In this document: positions 8,782 through 22,144 of the stretch, piece by piece
How positions within the stretch are numbered: position 1 is the first letter of the stretch
Layout: the number at the start of each line of letters is the position of its first letter
Source of the DNA: Gemmatimonadales bacterium
Lineage (GTDB): Bacteria; Gemmatimonadota; Gemmatimonadetes; Gemmatimonadales; GWC2-71-9
Assembly: GCA_038321865.1 (NCBI GenBank)
Contig: JBBQFH010000009.1
Location: 1-64,000, forward strand
Length of the DNA: 64,000 bases
Direction: 5' to 3'
Position numbers and translations under genes: made by a program
The notes under the pieces: model-generated
Database searches by the model: none
Seen by the model: only the letters and a program-made list of their open reading frames with translations
What the model was told of the DNA's origin: nothing

Positions 8782-10637
8782 CGCGCGCGCTGTTCGCCGC
8801 CATCCTCCTCGGGGCCTCCGGCGCGGGGCCGCGCCCCCTCGGCCGCGCGTCGACCGCAGTGCTGCCCGTGGTCGTCGCGAACGACAACCGCCGGCCTGCC
8901 GGCCGGCTGCATGGCGACACGCTGGAGCTCCGGCTCGAAGTCCGGATGGCCACCTGGCACCCCGAATCGGACAGTGGCCCGGCCATCGATGTGGCGGCCT
9001 TCGCCGAGGTGGGACACCCACCGGAAATCCCGGCTCCGCTGATCCGCGTACCCGAGGGCACCATCATCGTGGCCTCGGTGCGGAACGCGCTGGGCGACTC
9101 GGCGATCACCATTCACGGGCTGCTGGCCCGCCCCGCCGCCGCCGGCGACAGCGTGGTGCTCCGCCCGGGCGAATCACGCACCGTGCGCTTTGCAGTGGGG
9201 CGCGCCGGCACCTATCTCTACCACGCCGTCCTCGGCCGGCATACCTCGTTCCGCCCCAACGGGGTTCGCCAGGACGACGAGCGCGAACAGCTGGGCGGGG
9301 CGCTGGTCGTGGACCCGCCGGGCGGCTCGCCGCCCGATCGCATCCTCGTGATGAACGTCTGGGGCCAGACGCTCGACCCGGAGGATTACCGAAACGCGCT
9401 CACCATCAACGGACGGTCCTGGCCCTACACCGAGCGGATGAATGCCCTGGTCGGCGACAGCGTGCGCTGGCGCATCGTCAATGCGTCGGACCGGAACCAT
9501 CCGATGCATCTCCACGGCTTCTACTTTCGCGTGGATGCCCGCGGTGATCTCCTGGCCGATACCCTGTACCGACCCGACGACCGCCGGCTCGCGGTGACCG
9601 AAGGCATGGCTCCGCTGTCGACACTGACGATGGTGTTCAGCCCCAACCGGCCGGGCAACTGGCTGTTCCACTGCCACATCGGATTTCATGTCGTGCCGGA
9701 TACGCGTCTCGACCCGCCGGTCGACGGCAGCCATGATCGAATGGCGCACGACCCGCTGGTCCATATGGCCGGCCTGGTCACCGGGATTACGGTACGGCCG
9801 GGGACAGCCTTCCGCGCGCCGCTGCGCCGAAACCCAAAGGTGCTGCGGCTCTATATCCAGGAAGGCACGCGCCGCGCGCATGCGCCGCGCGCGCTCGGAT
9901 TCGTGCTGCAGCGCGACACCCGCGAGCCGGCGGCCGACTCCGTCGAGACGCCGGGCTCGGTGCTGACGCTGGTGCGCGGTGAGCCCACGGACGTGATGGT
10001 GATCAACCGGCTCCGCGAGCCGGCCGCCGTGCACTGGCACGGCATCGAGCTGGAGAGCTATTCGGACGGCGTGGCGGGCTGGAGCGGTGTTGGTACCGTG
10101 ATGGCGCCCTCGATCGAGCCGGGCGACTCGTTCCTGGCCCACCTGACGACGCCGCGGGCCGGCACGTTCATGTATCACACGCACATGAACGACATCGAGC
10201 AGCTTTCCTCGGGCCTCTACGGCGGCATCGTGGTGCTGGAGCCAGGGCAGCGCCTCGACCCTTCCCGGGATCACCTCTACGTGGCCGGCTGGGACGGCAT
10301 GGAGCTGCCGCGGCGCGTGATCGTGAACGGGGACTCGCTGCCCGGGCCGCTGAACCTGGCAGCGGGCGTGGCTCACCGGTTCCGGTTCGTCAACATCGGC
10401 GTCGCGTTGCGGTTCCCGTTCGCGATCTACGCTGGATCCGAGCTCGCCCGCTGGCGCCCGCTGGCGAAGGACGGCGCTGAATTTCCGAGCGGGCCGGCCG
10501 TCCCGGGCCGAGCGGTTCGCGTGCTCCAGGTGGGGGAGACCTTCGACGCCGCCTTCGAGCCGCCGCCCGGCGAATATCGACTCGTGATCGGCCCGCCGGC
10601 GAAGCCGTACTACGTGCAGCGGCTCATCGTGCGCTGA
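8778..10637 (+). CDS. Secreted multicopper oxidase-domain protein
   Basis: HPMHLHG, WLFHCHIGFH, VHWHG and FMYHTH copper motifs. Start uncertain (CTG 8778, GTG 8688 or GTG 8859). Confidence 0.85.
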   Translation: MTRALFAAILLGASGAGPRPLGRASTAVLPVVVANDNRRPAGRLHGDTLELRLEVRMATWHPESDSGPAIDVAAFAEVGHPPEIPAPLIRVPEGTIIVASVRNALGDSAITIHGLLARPAAAGDSVVLRPGESRTVRFAVGRAGTYLYHAVLGRHTSFRPNGVRQDDEREQLGGALVVDPPGGSPPDRILVMNVWGQTLDPEDYRNALTINGRSWPYTERMNALVGDSVRWRIVNASDRNHPMHLHGFYFRVDARGDLLADTLYRPDDRRLAVTEGMAPLSTLTMVFSPNRPGNWLFHCHIGFHVVPDTRLDPPVDGSHDRMAHDPLVHMAGLVTGITVRPGTAFRAPLRRNPKVLRLYIQEGTRRAHAPRALGFVLQRDTREPAADSVETPGSVLTLVRGEPTDVMVINRLREPAAVHWHGIELESYSDGVAGWSGVGTVMAPSIEPGDSFLAHLTTPRAGTFMYHTHMNDIEQLSSGLYGGIVVLEPGQRLDPSRDHLYVAGWDGMELPRRVIVNGDSLPGPLNLAAGVAHRFRFVNIGVALRFPFAIYAGSELARWRPLAKDGAEFPSGPAVPGRAVRVLQVGETFDAAFEPPPGEYRLVIGPPAKPYYVQRLIVR

Positions 10638-10751
10638 TCCCGCCGGCCGTCGCCGGATCGGCGCCCGTACGCCTTGCGCGGCAAGCCTGCCGACGGCTTA
10701 TTCCTGCACTCCATTTTTCACAACGCGCAGTAACCCCCGCAGTGGAAATTC

Positions 10752-13721
<2,970 letters not shown>

Positions 13722-13734
13722 CCGGCGCGGCCCC

Positions 13735-16401
13735 ATGACCACACCGGTTCCCGATCGCCTGAGCGCGGCGCTGGCCAGCCATTACCGGCTGGAGCGGGAG
13801 CTGGGCGCCGGCGGGATGGCCACGGTCTATCTCGCCGAAGATCTGAAGCATCACCGCAAGGTCGCGATCAAGGTGCTGCGCGAAGACCTGGCCGCCTCGC
13901 TCGGCGCCGCGCGTTTCCTCAGGGAAATCGAGATCGCCGCCCAGCTCCAGCATCCGCACATCCTGTCGCTGCTCGACTCGGGGGACGCGGACGGCTTCCT
14001 CTATTACGTCATGCCCTACATCAGCGGCCAGTCGCTCCGCGATCGCATCACGCGGGAAGGCGAGCTGCCGGTTCACGAAGCCGTCCGGCTCACAGCCGAA
14101 GTGGTGGACGCGCTGGCCCATGCGCACGCCCACGGCGTGGTCCACCGGGACATCAAGCCCGACAACGTCATGCTCTCCGGCCGGCACGCGCTCGTCGCCG
14201 ACTTCGGCGTGGCCAAGGCGGTCAGCGAGGCCACCGGCCGCAACACCATCACCACACTCGGCGTCGCGGTGGGCACGCCCACGTACATGTCCCCCGAGCA
14301 GGCGGCGGCCGACCCGCACATCGACCATCGCTCGGATATCTATGCCGTCGGGGTGATGGCCTACGAGCTGCTGGCCGGCCGTCCGCCGTTCACCGGCGCC
14401 ACGCCCCAGCAGGTGCTCGCCGCGCACGTCACCGAAGCCCCCGATCCGGTGAGCAAGCGGCGGCCCGGGATCCCGCCGCTGCTCGAGCAGGCGGTGATGC
14501 GCTGCCTCGCCAAGCGCCCGGCCGACCGCTGGCAGACCGCCGACGAGCTGCTCGCCCAGCTGGAACAGGCCGCGACGCCGACCGGCGGGATCACGCCGAC
14601 GCGTGGCGTGACCCCGACCGACACCCAGCCGATCGTGGTCGGACGGGGATACCGGTGGCGGGTGCCGCTGATCGTCGCCGGCGTCGCGGTACTGCTCGGT
14701 GCCGGCAGCATCCTGGGACACGTGTTCTCGCGCCCGGCGCCGGCCCTCACGTTGGGGCAGTCCACCCAGATCACGTCGGACGCGGGGCTCGAAATTCTGC
14801 CGGCGATCTCACCGGACGGGAAGTTCGTCGCGTACGCCGCGGGCTCGTCCTCGCGCATGCGGATCTTCGTCCGCCCGATCGCGGGCGGCCGCACCATCGC
14901 GCTGACCGATGACACCACGGAGATCCAGACGGGTCCGCGCTGGTCGCCCGATGGTGCCACGCTCCTGTTCCTCACGGGGGGCGGCGTGGCGACGGCGCCG
15001 GCCCTGGGCGGCGCGGCACGACCGCTCATCGCGCCGCTTCCGTCCGTGCGGATCCGTAGTGCCGATTGGTCGCCGGACGGCCGCCACGTGGCGTTCGTTC
15101 GCGGTGACACCCTTTACGACTTCGCGGTGGCGAGCGCGGTCAGCCGCCCGGTCGCCGCGGGCCGGCTGCTGCACTCCTGCGCCTGGTCGCCGGCCGGCGG
15201 CCTGATCGCGTGCGTCACGGAGAACGCAGAGTTCGTGCAATTGGGCACGAATTTCGGGAACGTAGCAGCCAGTACGATCGTGGTGATTCCTGCCGGCGGT
15301 GGGCCCAGCGTTTCGGTCACCGACAGCACCCGCATCAATCAGAGCCCGGCGTGGTCGCGGGACGGCCGCTCGCTGTTCTTCGTGTCGGATCGTCAGGGGC
15401 CGCGGGACATTTATGTGCTGCCGGTGTCTCGCTCCGGGGCTGTGGACGGCCCGGCGGTCCGGCTGACGACGGGACTCAACGCGATGTCGCTGACGTTGTC
15501 GGGCGATGGCCACCAGCTCGCCTACGCGGTGTATACCGCAAAGGCGAATATCTGGTCGGTGCCGATTCCGGCGTCGCCGCCGGTGTCAATCGCAACGGCG
15601 ACGCCGGTCACGTCCGGCACCCAGGTCATCGAAGGATTCCGCGTCTCTCCCGACCGCCGCTGGCTGGCGTTCGATTCCAACCTGCACGGCAATGCGGATC
15701 TCTACCGGGTCGCCCTGGCCGGCGGCGAACCCGAGCGACTGACCAGCGCAGCGGCCGACGAATTTCAGCCCGCGATATCGCCCGACGGGGCGGAGGTGGC
15801 CTACCACAGCGTTGTTGGCTCGGTGCGGCAGGTCTTCGTCCTTCCGCTCAACGGGGGCAGCCCGCAGCGAGTCGCGCCCACCGCCACCGAGCAACGTGTG
15901 CCCGACTGGTCGCCGGACGGCAAGGCACTCGCGTGGTACGACCGTCAGCGCGTCGAGACGTGGGTATCGCGCCGGGCCGCGGATGGCAAGTGGCAGGCGC
16001 CGCTGCTCCGCGGCACCCGCATGCGCTGGCCACGGTGGTCTCCCGACGGCACGCAGTTGATCGTTACGACGCCCGAGGGCGACATCGTGACTGTCGTGGC
16101 CTCCTCTGGCGCGGCGGACACGATCTACCTGCCTCGCGTCGGCACCCTCGATCCGCTCGCGGAGACGGCGGCGTGGGGACCGGACGGCCGGAGTATCTGG
16201 TTGAAGAGCCACGACGACGAGGGCAACGCGGCACTGTGGTCGTTGACGGGGCGGGGCGCCGAGCCGAAGCTGCTGGTCCGCTTCGACGATCCGACCCGTC
16301 CGTCGTACCGGGTGGAATGGGCCACGGACGGCACCCGCATCTTCTTCGCCCTCAACGATCGTCAGAGCGATGTCTGGGTGGCCGACGTGGGCCACCCGTG
16401 A
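13735..16401 (+). CDS. Membrane Ser/Thr protein kinase with TolB-like (PD40/WD40) beta-propeller
   Basis: Intact Hanks kinase motifs (HRDIKPDN, DFG), one TM segment, repeated (W/I)SPDG motifs. Confidence 0.93.
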   Translation: MTTPVPDRLSAALASHYRLERELGAGGMATVYLAEDLKHHRKVAIKVLREDLAASLGAARFLREIEIAAQLQHPHILSLLDSGDADGFLYYVMPYISGQSLRDRITREGELPVHEAVRLTAEVVDALAHAHAHGVVHRDIKPDNVMLSGRHALVADFGVAKAVSEATGRNTITTLGVAVGTPTYMSPEQAAADPHIDHRSDIYAVGVMAYELLAGRPPFTGATPQQVLAAHVTEAPDPVSKRRPGIPPLLEQAVMRCLAKRPADRWQTADELLAQLEQAATPTGGITPTRGVTPTDTQPIVVGRGYRWRVPLIVAGVAVLLGAGSILGHVFSRPAPALTLGQSTQITSDAGLEILPAISPDGKFVAYAAGSSSRMRIFVRPIAGGRTIALTDDTTEIQTGPRWSPDGATLLFLTGGGVATAPALGGAARPLIAPLPSVRIRSADWSPDGRHVAFVRGDTLYDFAVASAVSRPVAAGRLLHSCAWSPAGGLIACVTENAEFVQLGTNFGNVAASTIVVIPAGGGPSVSVTDSTRINQSPAWSRDGRSLFFVSDRQGPRDIYVLPVSRSGAVDGPAVRLTTGLNAMSLTLSGDGHQLAYAVYTAKANIWSVPIPASPPVSIATATPVTSGTQVIEGFRVSPDRRWLAFDSNLHGNADLYRVALAGGEPERLTSAAADEFQPAISPDGAEVAYHSVVGSVRQVFVLPLNGGSPQRVAPTATEQRVPDWSPDGKALAWYDRQRVETWVSRRAADGKWQAPLLRGTRMRWPRWSPDGTQLIVTTPEGDIVTVVASSGAADTIYLPRVGTLDPLAETAAWGPDGRSIWLKSHDDEGNAALWSLTGRGAEPKLLVRFDDPTRPSYRVEWATDGTRIFFALNDRQSDVWVADVGHP

Positions 16402-19049
16402 TCGGCATTTCCGAACGCCTTACGGCCGCCCTCGAGGGGCGCTACACGCTGGAGCGCGAGCTGGGCCAGGGCGGCATGGCGACGGTCTACCTGGCGGACG
16501 ATGCGCGCCACCGGCGCAAGGTGGCGGTGAAGGTGCTCCGGCCCGAGCTCGCCGCGACGATCGGCCCGGAGCGCTTTCTCCGCGAGATCGAGATCGCCGC
16601 GCAGCTGCAGCACCCGCACATCCTGCCGCTGCTCGACTCCGGCGAAGCCGACGGGTTCCTCTACTACGTCATGCCGTTCGTGGATGGCCAGTCGCTCCGC
16701 GAGCGGCTGGGCCGCCAGGGCGAGCTGCCGGTGAACGAAGCGCTCAAGCTGCTGGTCGAGATCGTGGACGCGCTGAGCTACGCCCACGCGCGCGGCGTGG
16801 TGCACCGGGACGTGAAGCCTGACAACGTCATGCTGTCCGGGCGGCACGCGCTGGTGCTCGACTTCGGCGTAGCCAAGGCGGTGAGTGAGGCGAGCGGCCG
16901 GAACCAGCTGACGACCGCCGGCGTGGCGCTCGGAACGCCCGCCTACATGGCGCCGGAGCAGGCCGTCGCCGATCCGCATCTCGATCATCGGGTGGACATC
17001 TACGCCGTGGGGGTGATGGCCTACGAGCTGCTGGCGGGTCGAGCGCCGTTCATCGGCGGGACGCCGCAGCAGGTACTTGCCGCGCATGTGACGCAGGCAC
17101 CCGATCCGCTGTCACGGCACCGTCCGGGCATCTCGCCGGTCCTCGAGGCGATCGTCATGCGCTGCCTGGCCAAGCGGCCGGCCGACCGGTGGCAGAGCGC
17201 CGATGAGCTGCTGAGCCAGCTGGAGCCGCTGGTCACGTCGAGCGGGGGACTGACGCCGACGTCCACCCGACCGGTCGCGGGGTGGCGACCGGAGCGGCAT
17301 GCGGGGCGGTGGATCGCGGCGGCGGCCGCGGGCGTCGCCATCGCGGCCGTGCTGTGGAAGGTGTGGCCGACGGCGCGCCCGCGGGCGCCGGTCAACCTCG
17401 ACCGGGTACAGGTGACCTTCACCGGCAACACGTGGGCGCCATCGATCTCTCCCGATGGCAAGCGCATCGCCTTTGCCGAGCGTCAGTGCGACAGCGCCGG
17501 AATTTGCGCCTTCGATCTGGTGGTGCAGGACGCCGGAGGCGCCGGATCGACCAGGATCCTCCGCGGCGCGACGAACATGTGGTCCACCGAGTGGACGGCG
17601 GATGGCAGGTTCCTGCTGGTCGGCGGCGCGATCAATGACAGCTGGGGCTCCTACAGCGTCCCGATGCTCGGTGGAGAGCCGCGCCTGCTGGGCCAGGGGC
17701 TGGCGACGCTGATCGGCAACGGCGACACGACCCTCATCGTGTTTCGCTCCGCCCGGGACACCGTGGCCTGGTTTCGGCGGGTCGGGACCGGCGATGGCGT
17801 CGTCTATGACAGTGTCCCGTTCCGGGCCCCGCCGGGAGATTATCCGCTGGCGCGCGTGACCGCGGATGGCCGCTGGCTCGTGGTGCTCACAGCCCGCGAA
17901 CAGTCTCGAATTCTCACGATCGCCGATCGCGGCGGCCGGATCCGCGACTCGCTGGTGTTCCCCCACAACAGGGTCTGGCAGGCGTTCCCCATCGCGGGAA
18001 CGAACGCGATTGGGGTCGCGTCGGGGATGGAGGGGGTGGGCGATGCGAATGACCTCATCGTCTACCGGATCGACGAAACCGGGCGACTCACCGGCGCGGC
18101 GGACACGGTGGCGCATCAGCTCGACGTCGACTGGCTCGACATGGGACGTGGGGGCGAGCTGCTCATCGGGGCCGGTCCCGCCGAGTATTCGGTGTCCAGC
18201 TTCCGCTGGGAGCCCTTCCTCAAGCCGGCCTTCCCGCTCCGCCATCTGGCCGTGTCGACGACTATTTCCGTGACCGGCGGGCTCAGTCCCGACGGCCGGC
18301 AGGTGATGCTGGCCCGGTCCGTCATTCGGAACGGACGCGTGCTTCGCCAGCTCTCGCTCATGTCGTCGGACAGCGGCGCTGAGCGCGCGCTGGGCAGCCC
18401 CCGCGACATCGTGGACTGGGACTTGGGCGAGCGCGAGATTTTCATCGGCTACCGACGACACGACAGCGTCGTCGTAGCCACCCTCGATCCCGCCACAGGC
18501 GGGTCGCGTGATCTTCGTGCCTATCCGGCCGACGAATACGGCGGCGTGGAGGCATCGGCACCGGGCGGCTTCGTGATGTATACGCCGCTGGGTGATCGCA
18601 TTCGGCGCGTTCTCGCGCCGGGGCTGCCCGATACCACCTTTGCGACGCCTCCGACGTTCGGACACATCATGGACGCAGAGCCGTCACCGGACGGGCGCGC
18701 GGTCGCGATTGTCGGGTGGGATGCGAGGGAGGACTCCATATTGGTGTTCCGGATGTCGCTCGTGGATGGATCCACGACCCGGCTGGCGACATTGACCGGC
18801 GAGGGCGCAGATGCGCTTCGCTGGCTTCCCGACGGCAGTCTGATCGTTCCGGTCCGTGAGACTGCCCAGACGATCGCGCTGTATCGCCTGTCGACGACCA
18901 CCGGCCCACCCCAGCGGCTGGGACTCCTGCCCCGCTTCTCGGCAACCTACCGCTTCTCGGCTGACGGCCGCCGCGGAATCGTGCGTGCCCGCGAGAGCAA
19001 AACCGACCTGCACATCATCCGGAACTTCCGGGAACTGGTGGGGCACTAG
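16398..19049 (+). CDS. Membrane Ser/Thr protein kinase with TolB-like beta-propeller
   Basis: GTG start overlapping the previous TGA; HRDVKPDN, DFG, one TM segment, SPDG repeats. The ORF-track start at 15210 is a spurious extension. Confidence 0.92.
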   Translation: MIGISERLTAALEGRYTLERELGQGGMATVYLADDARHRRKVAVKVLRPELAATIGPERFLREIEIAAQLQHPHILPLLDSGEADGFLYYVMPFVDGQSLRERLGRQGELPVNEALKLLVEIVDALSYAHARGVVHRDVKPDNVMLSGRHALVLDFGVAKAVSEASGRNQLTTAGVALGTPAYMAPEQAVADPHLDHRVDIYAVGVMAYELLAGRAPFIGGTPQQVLAAHVTQAPDPLSRHRPGISPVLEAIVMRCLAKRPADRWQSADELLSQLEPLVTSSGGLTPTSTRPVAGWRPERHAGRWIAAAAAGVAIAAVLWKVWPTARPRAPVNLDRVQVTFTGNTWAPSISPDGKRIAFAERQCDSAGICAFDLVVQDAGGAGSTRILRGATNMWSTEWTADGRFLLVGGAINDSWGSYSVPMLGGEPRLLGQGLATLIGNGDTTLIVFRSARDTVAWFRRVGTGDGVVYDSVPFRAPPGDYPLARVTADGRWLVVLTAREQSRILTIADRGGRIRDSLVFPHNRVWQAFPIAGTNAIGVASGMEGVGDANDLIVYRIDETGRLTGAADTVAHQLDVDWLDMGRGGELLIGAGPAEYSVSSFRWEPFLKPAFPLRHLAVSTTISVTGGLSPDGRQVMLARSVIRNGRVLRQLSLMSSDSGAERALGSPRDIVDWDLGEREIFIGYRRHDSVVVATLDPATGGSRDLRAYPADEYGGVEASAPGGFVMYTPLGDRIRRVLAPGLPDTTFATPPTFGHIMDAEPSPDGRAVAIVGWDAREDSILVFRMSLVDGSTTRLATLTGEGADALRWLPDGSLIVPVRETAQTIALYRLSTTTGPPQRLGLLPRFSATYRFSADGRRGIVRARESKTDLHIIRNFRELVGH

Positions 19050-19150
19050 GGGGTACGGGCACCAGCCACCAGCACGCCGCCTCCTCGCACGGGCTCCCAG
19101 TTCCAGCTATTTTGCCTCCCGGCACACCCGTACCCCAACAGGACCCAGGC

Positions 19151-20350
19151 ATGGCCACCGGCATCGTCACATCCCAGTTTCTCGGCGTCGATTTCCTGAA
19201 CCTCGATTCGCTCCTCAGCGAGGAGGAGCGCGCCGTTCGTGACACGGTCCGGAGCTGGGTGGATGAGAACCTGATGCCGGTGATCGGCCAGGCGTACATC
19301 GACGGCAAGTTCCCGAAGCAGCTGATACCGGGGATGGCCGAGCTGGGCCTCTTCGGGGCCAACCTCCCGGAGGAGTACGGCTGCGCGGGGCTCAACAACG
19401 TCGCCTACGGCCTGATCATGCAGGAGCTCGAGCGCGGCGACAGCGGGATCCGGTCGTTCGCCTCGGTGCAGGGCGCGCTGGTGATGTATCCGATCTATGC
19501 CTTCGGCAGCGAAGAGCAGAAGAAAAAGTGGCTGCCGCTGCTGGCTTCAGGCCAGGAGATCGGCTGCTTCGGCCTCACCGAGCCCGACTTCGGGTCCAAT
19601 CCCGGCGGGATGATCACCACCGCGAAGGAAACCGCCGACGGCTGGGTGCTCAACGGCACCAAGATGTGGATCACCAACGGCTCGCAGGCCACGGTGTCCA
19701 TCATCTGGGCCAAGACGGGTGACATCGCGGACTCGAAGTCGATTCGCGGATTCATCGTCCCGACCGACACGAAGGGCTACAGCGGCAAGGACCAGAAGGG
19801 GAAGCTTTCGCTTCGAGCCAGCGACACGAGCGAGATCCATCTTCAGGACGTGCATCTGCCGAAGGACGCAATCCTGCCGAAGAGCGGCGGGCTCAAGAGC
19901 CCGCTGATGTGTCTCACACAGGCGCGCTACGGGATCGCCTGGGGCGCGATGGGCGCGGCGATGGCCTGTTACGACGAAGCGCTGCGCTACGCCAAGTCGC
20001 GGGTGATGTTCGACCGCCCGATCGCCGGCACCCAGATCCAGCAGGTCCGCCTGGTGGAGATGCTGACCGAGATCACCAAGGCGCAGTTCATGACCCTGCA
20101 GCTCGGCCGGCTCAAGGATGCGGGCACCATGATTCCGGACCAGGTCTCGCTCTGCAAGCGGAACAACGTGGACATGGCGACCGAGTGCGCCCGGGAGGCA
20201 CGGCGCCTGCTCGGCGCCAACGGTATCCTGGTGGAGTATCACTCGATGCGCCACATGGCCAATCTCGAATCGGTCTACACCTACGAAGGCACCCACGACA
20301 TGCATTCGCTGATCCTGGGCCAGGCCATCACCGGGCTGGCCGCCTTCTAG
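19151..20350 (+). CDS. Acyl-CoA dehydrogenase, glutaryl-CoA dehydrogenase-like
   Basis: GCFGLTEPDFGSNP, KMWITNG, ARYGIAWG and YEGTHDMH motifs. Confidence 0.9.
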   Translation: MATGIVTSQFLGVDFLNLDSLLSEEERAVRDTVRSWVDENLMPVIGQAYIDGKFPKQLIPGMAELGLFGANLPEEYGCAGLNNVAYGLIMQELERGDSGIRSFASVQGALVMYPIYAFGSEEQKKKWLPLLASGQEIGCFGLTEPDFGSNPGGMITTAKETADGWVLNGTKMWITNGSQATVSIIWAKTGDIADSKSIRGFIVPTDTKGYSGKDQKGKLSLRASDTSEIHLQDVHLPKDAILPKSGGLKSPLMCLTQARYGIAWGAMGAAMACYDEALRYAKSRVMFDRPIAGTQIQQVRLVEMLTEITKAQFMTLQLGRLKDAGTMIPDQVSLCKRNNVDMATECAREARRLLGANGILVEYHSMRHMANLESVYTYEGTHDMHSLILGQAITGLAAF

Positions 20351-20387
20351 GTGCGCGGCCGGTGACTCATTCTCGTCGGAGCACAGC

Positions 20388-21139
<752 letters not shown>

Positions 21140-21140
<1 letters not shown>

Positions 21141-22129
21141 TGGGCAACACGTTCGCATTCGCGGAATCGCGCGGCGGTGCGCTGCGCACGGTGGCGTTCG
21201 AGGCGGTGACGGCGGCGCGCCGCGCGGCCGAAGTGTCAGGCGGCGGGGAAGTGCACGCGCTGGTCGTCGGGGCGCCGGGGATCGCGGGCCAGGCGGAGCA
21301 GCTCGCCCGCCACGGCGCGGATCTCATCACGGTGGTCGAGCATGCCGGGCTGGAGCGCTACAATCCCGAGTCCGTCGCGGCAACCGTCGCGGCCCGGATC
21401 GGTGCCGGCGCCTATCGCGCGGCGTTCTTCGCCGCTTCGGCGCAGGGGCGCGATCTCGCGCCGCGCGTCGCGGCCGCGCTCGGCAAGAGTCTCGCGTCGG
21501 ACGTCGTCGCCTTCGAACTGCAGGGGGAGACGTTCATCGTGCGCCACCCGGTATACGCCGGCAAGGCGATGGTGACGCTGCGGCTGACGGGTTCGCCGGC
21601 GCTCATCTCGCTCCGCCCTGGCGCGGTGGCGGCGGCGGAGGCGCGGGGCGGCGGCCGGGTAGAGCAGGCTCAACCGGCGCTCGATCCTTCGGCGGCGAAG
21701 GTGGTGGTGACGGAGCTGCTCGACCGCGGAGGGGCCAAGCTCGATCTGGGCGAGGCGCCGGTGATCGTGAGTGGCGGGCGGGGGCTTCGGGCGGCGGAGC
21801 ACTTCGCGCTGGTCGAGGCGCTTGCCGCCGCGTTCGGCAACGCCGCGGTCGGTGCGACGCGGGCCGTGACCGATGACGGCTGGCGCCCGGCGACCGATCA
21901 GATCGGACAGACGGGCCGCGTGGTGAGTCCCGACCTTTACGTCGCCGTCGGGATATCCGGCGCGGTGCAGCATCTCGCGGGCATGCGGACCGCCAAGACG
22001 ATCGTGGCCATCAACAAGGACAAGGACGCGCCGATCTTCAAGATCGCCGACTACGGCATCGTCGGGGATCTGTTCGAGATCGTGCCGCGGCTGACGGAAG
22101 AGATCCGGAAGGCAAAGGCGGGCGCCTAG
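21140..22129 (+). CDS. etfA: Electron transfer flavoprotein alpha subunit
   Basis: VSGGRGL, QIGQTG, GISGAVQHLAGM and AINKDKDAPIF motifs. Confidence 0.95.
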
Positions 22130-22138
22130 CGCCCGCCT
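22116..22138. terminator. GC-rich hairpin between convergent genes
   Basis: Perfect 10-bp inverted repeat aggcgggcgc-cta-gcgcccgcct over the etfA stop; no U tract. Confidence 0.4.
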
Positions 22139-22144
22139 GAGGAA

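Noticed and set aside
10638..10751. Structured RNA upstream of the kinases
   Set aside because: Only short GC-rich inverted repeats; no recognisable family.
15210..16397. Apparent N-terminal extension making a 1279-aa kinase
   Set aside because: Overlaps kinase 2 out of frame; the real start is GTG 16398.
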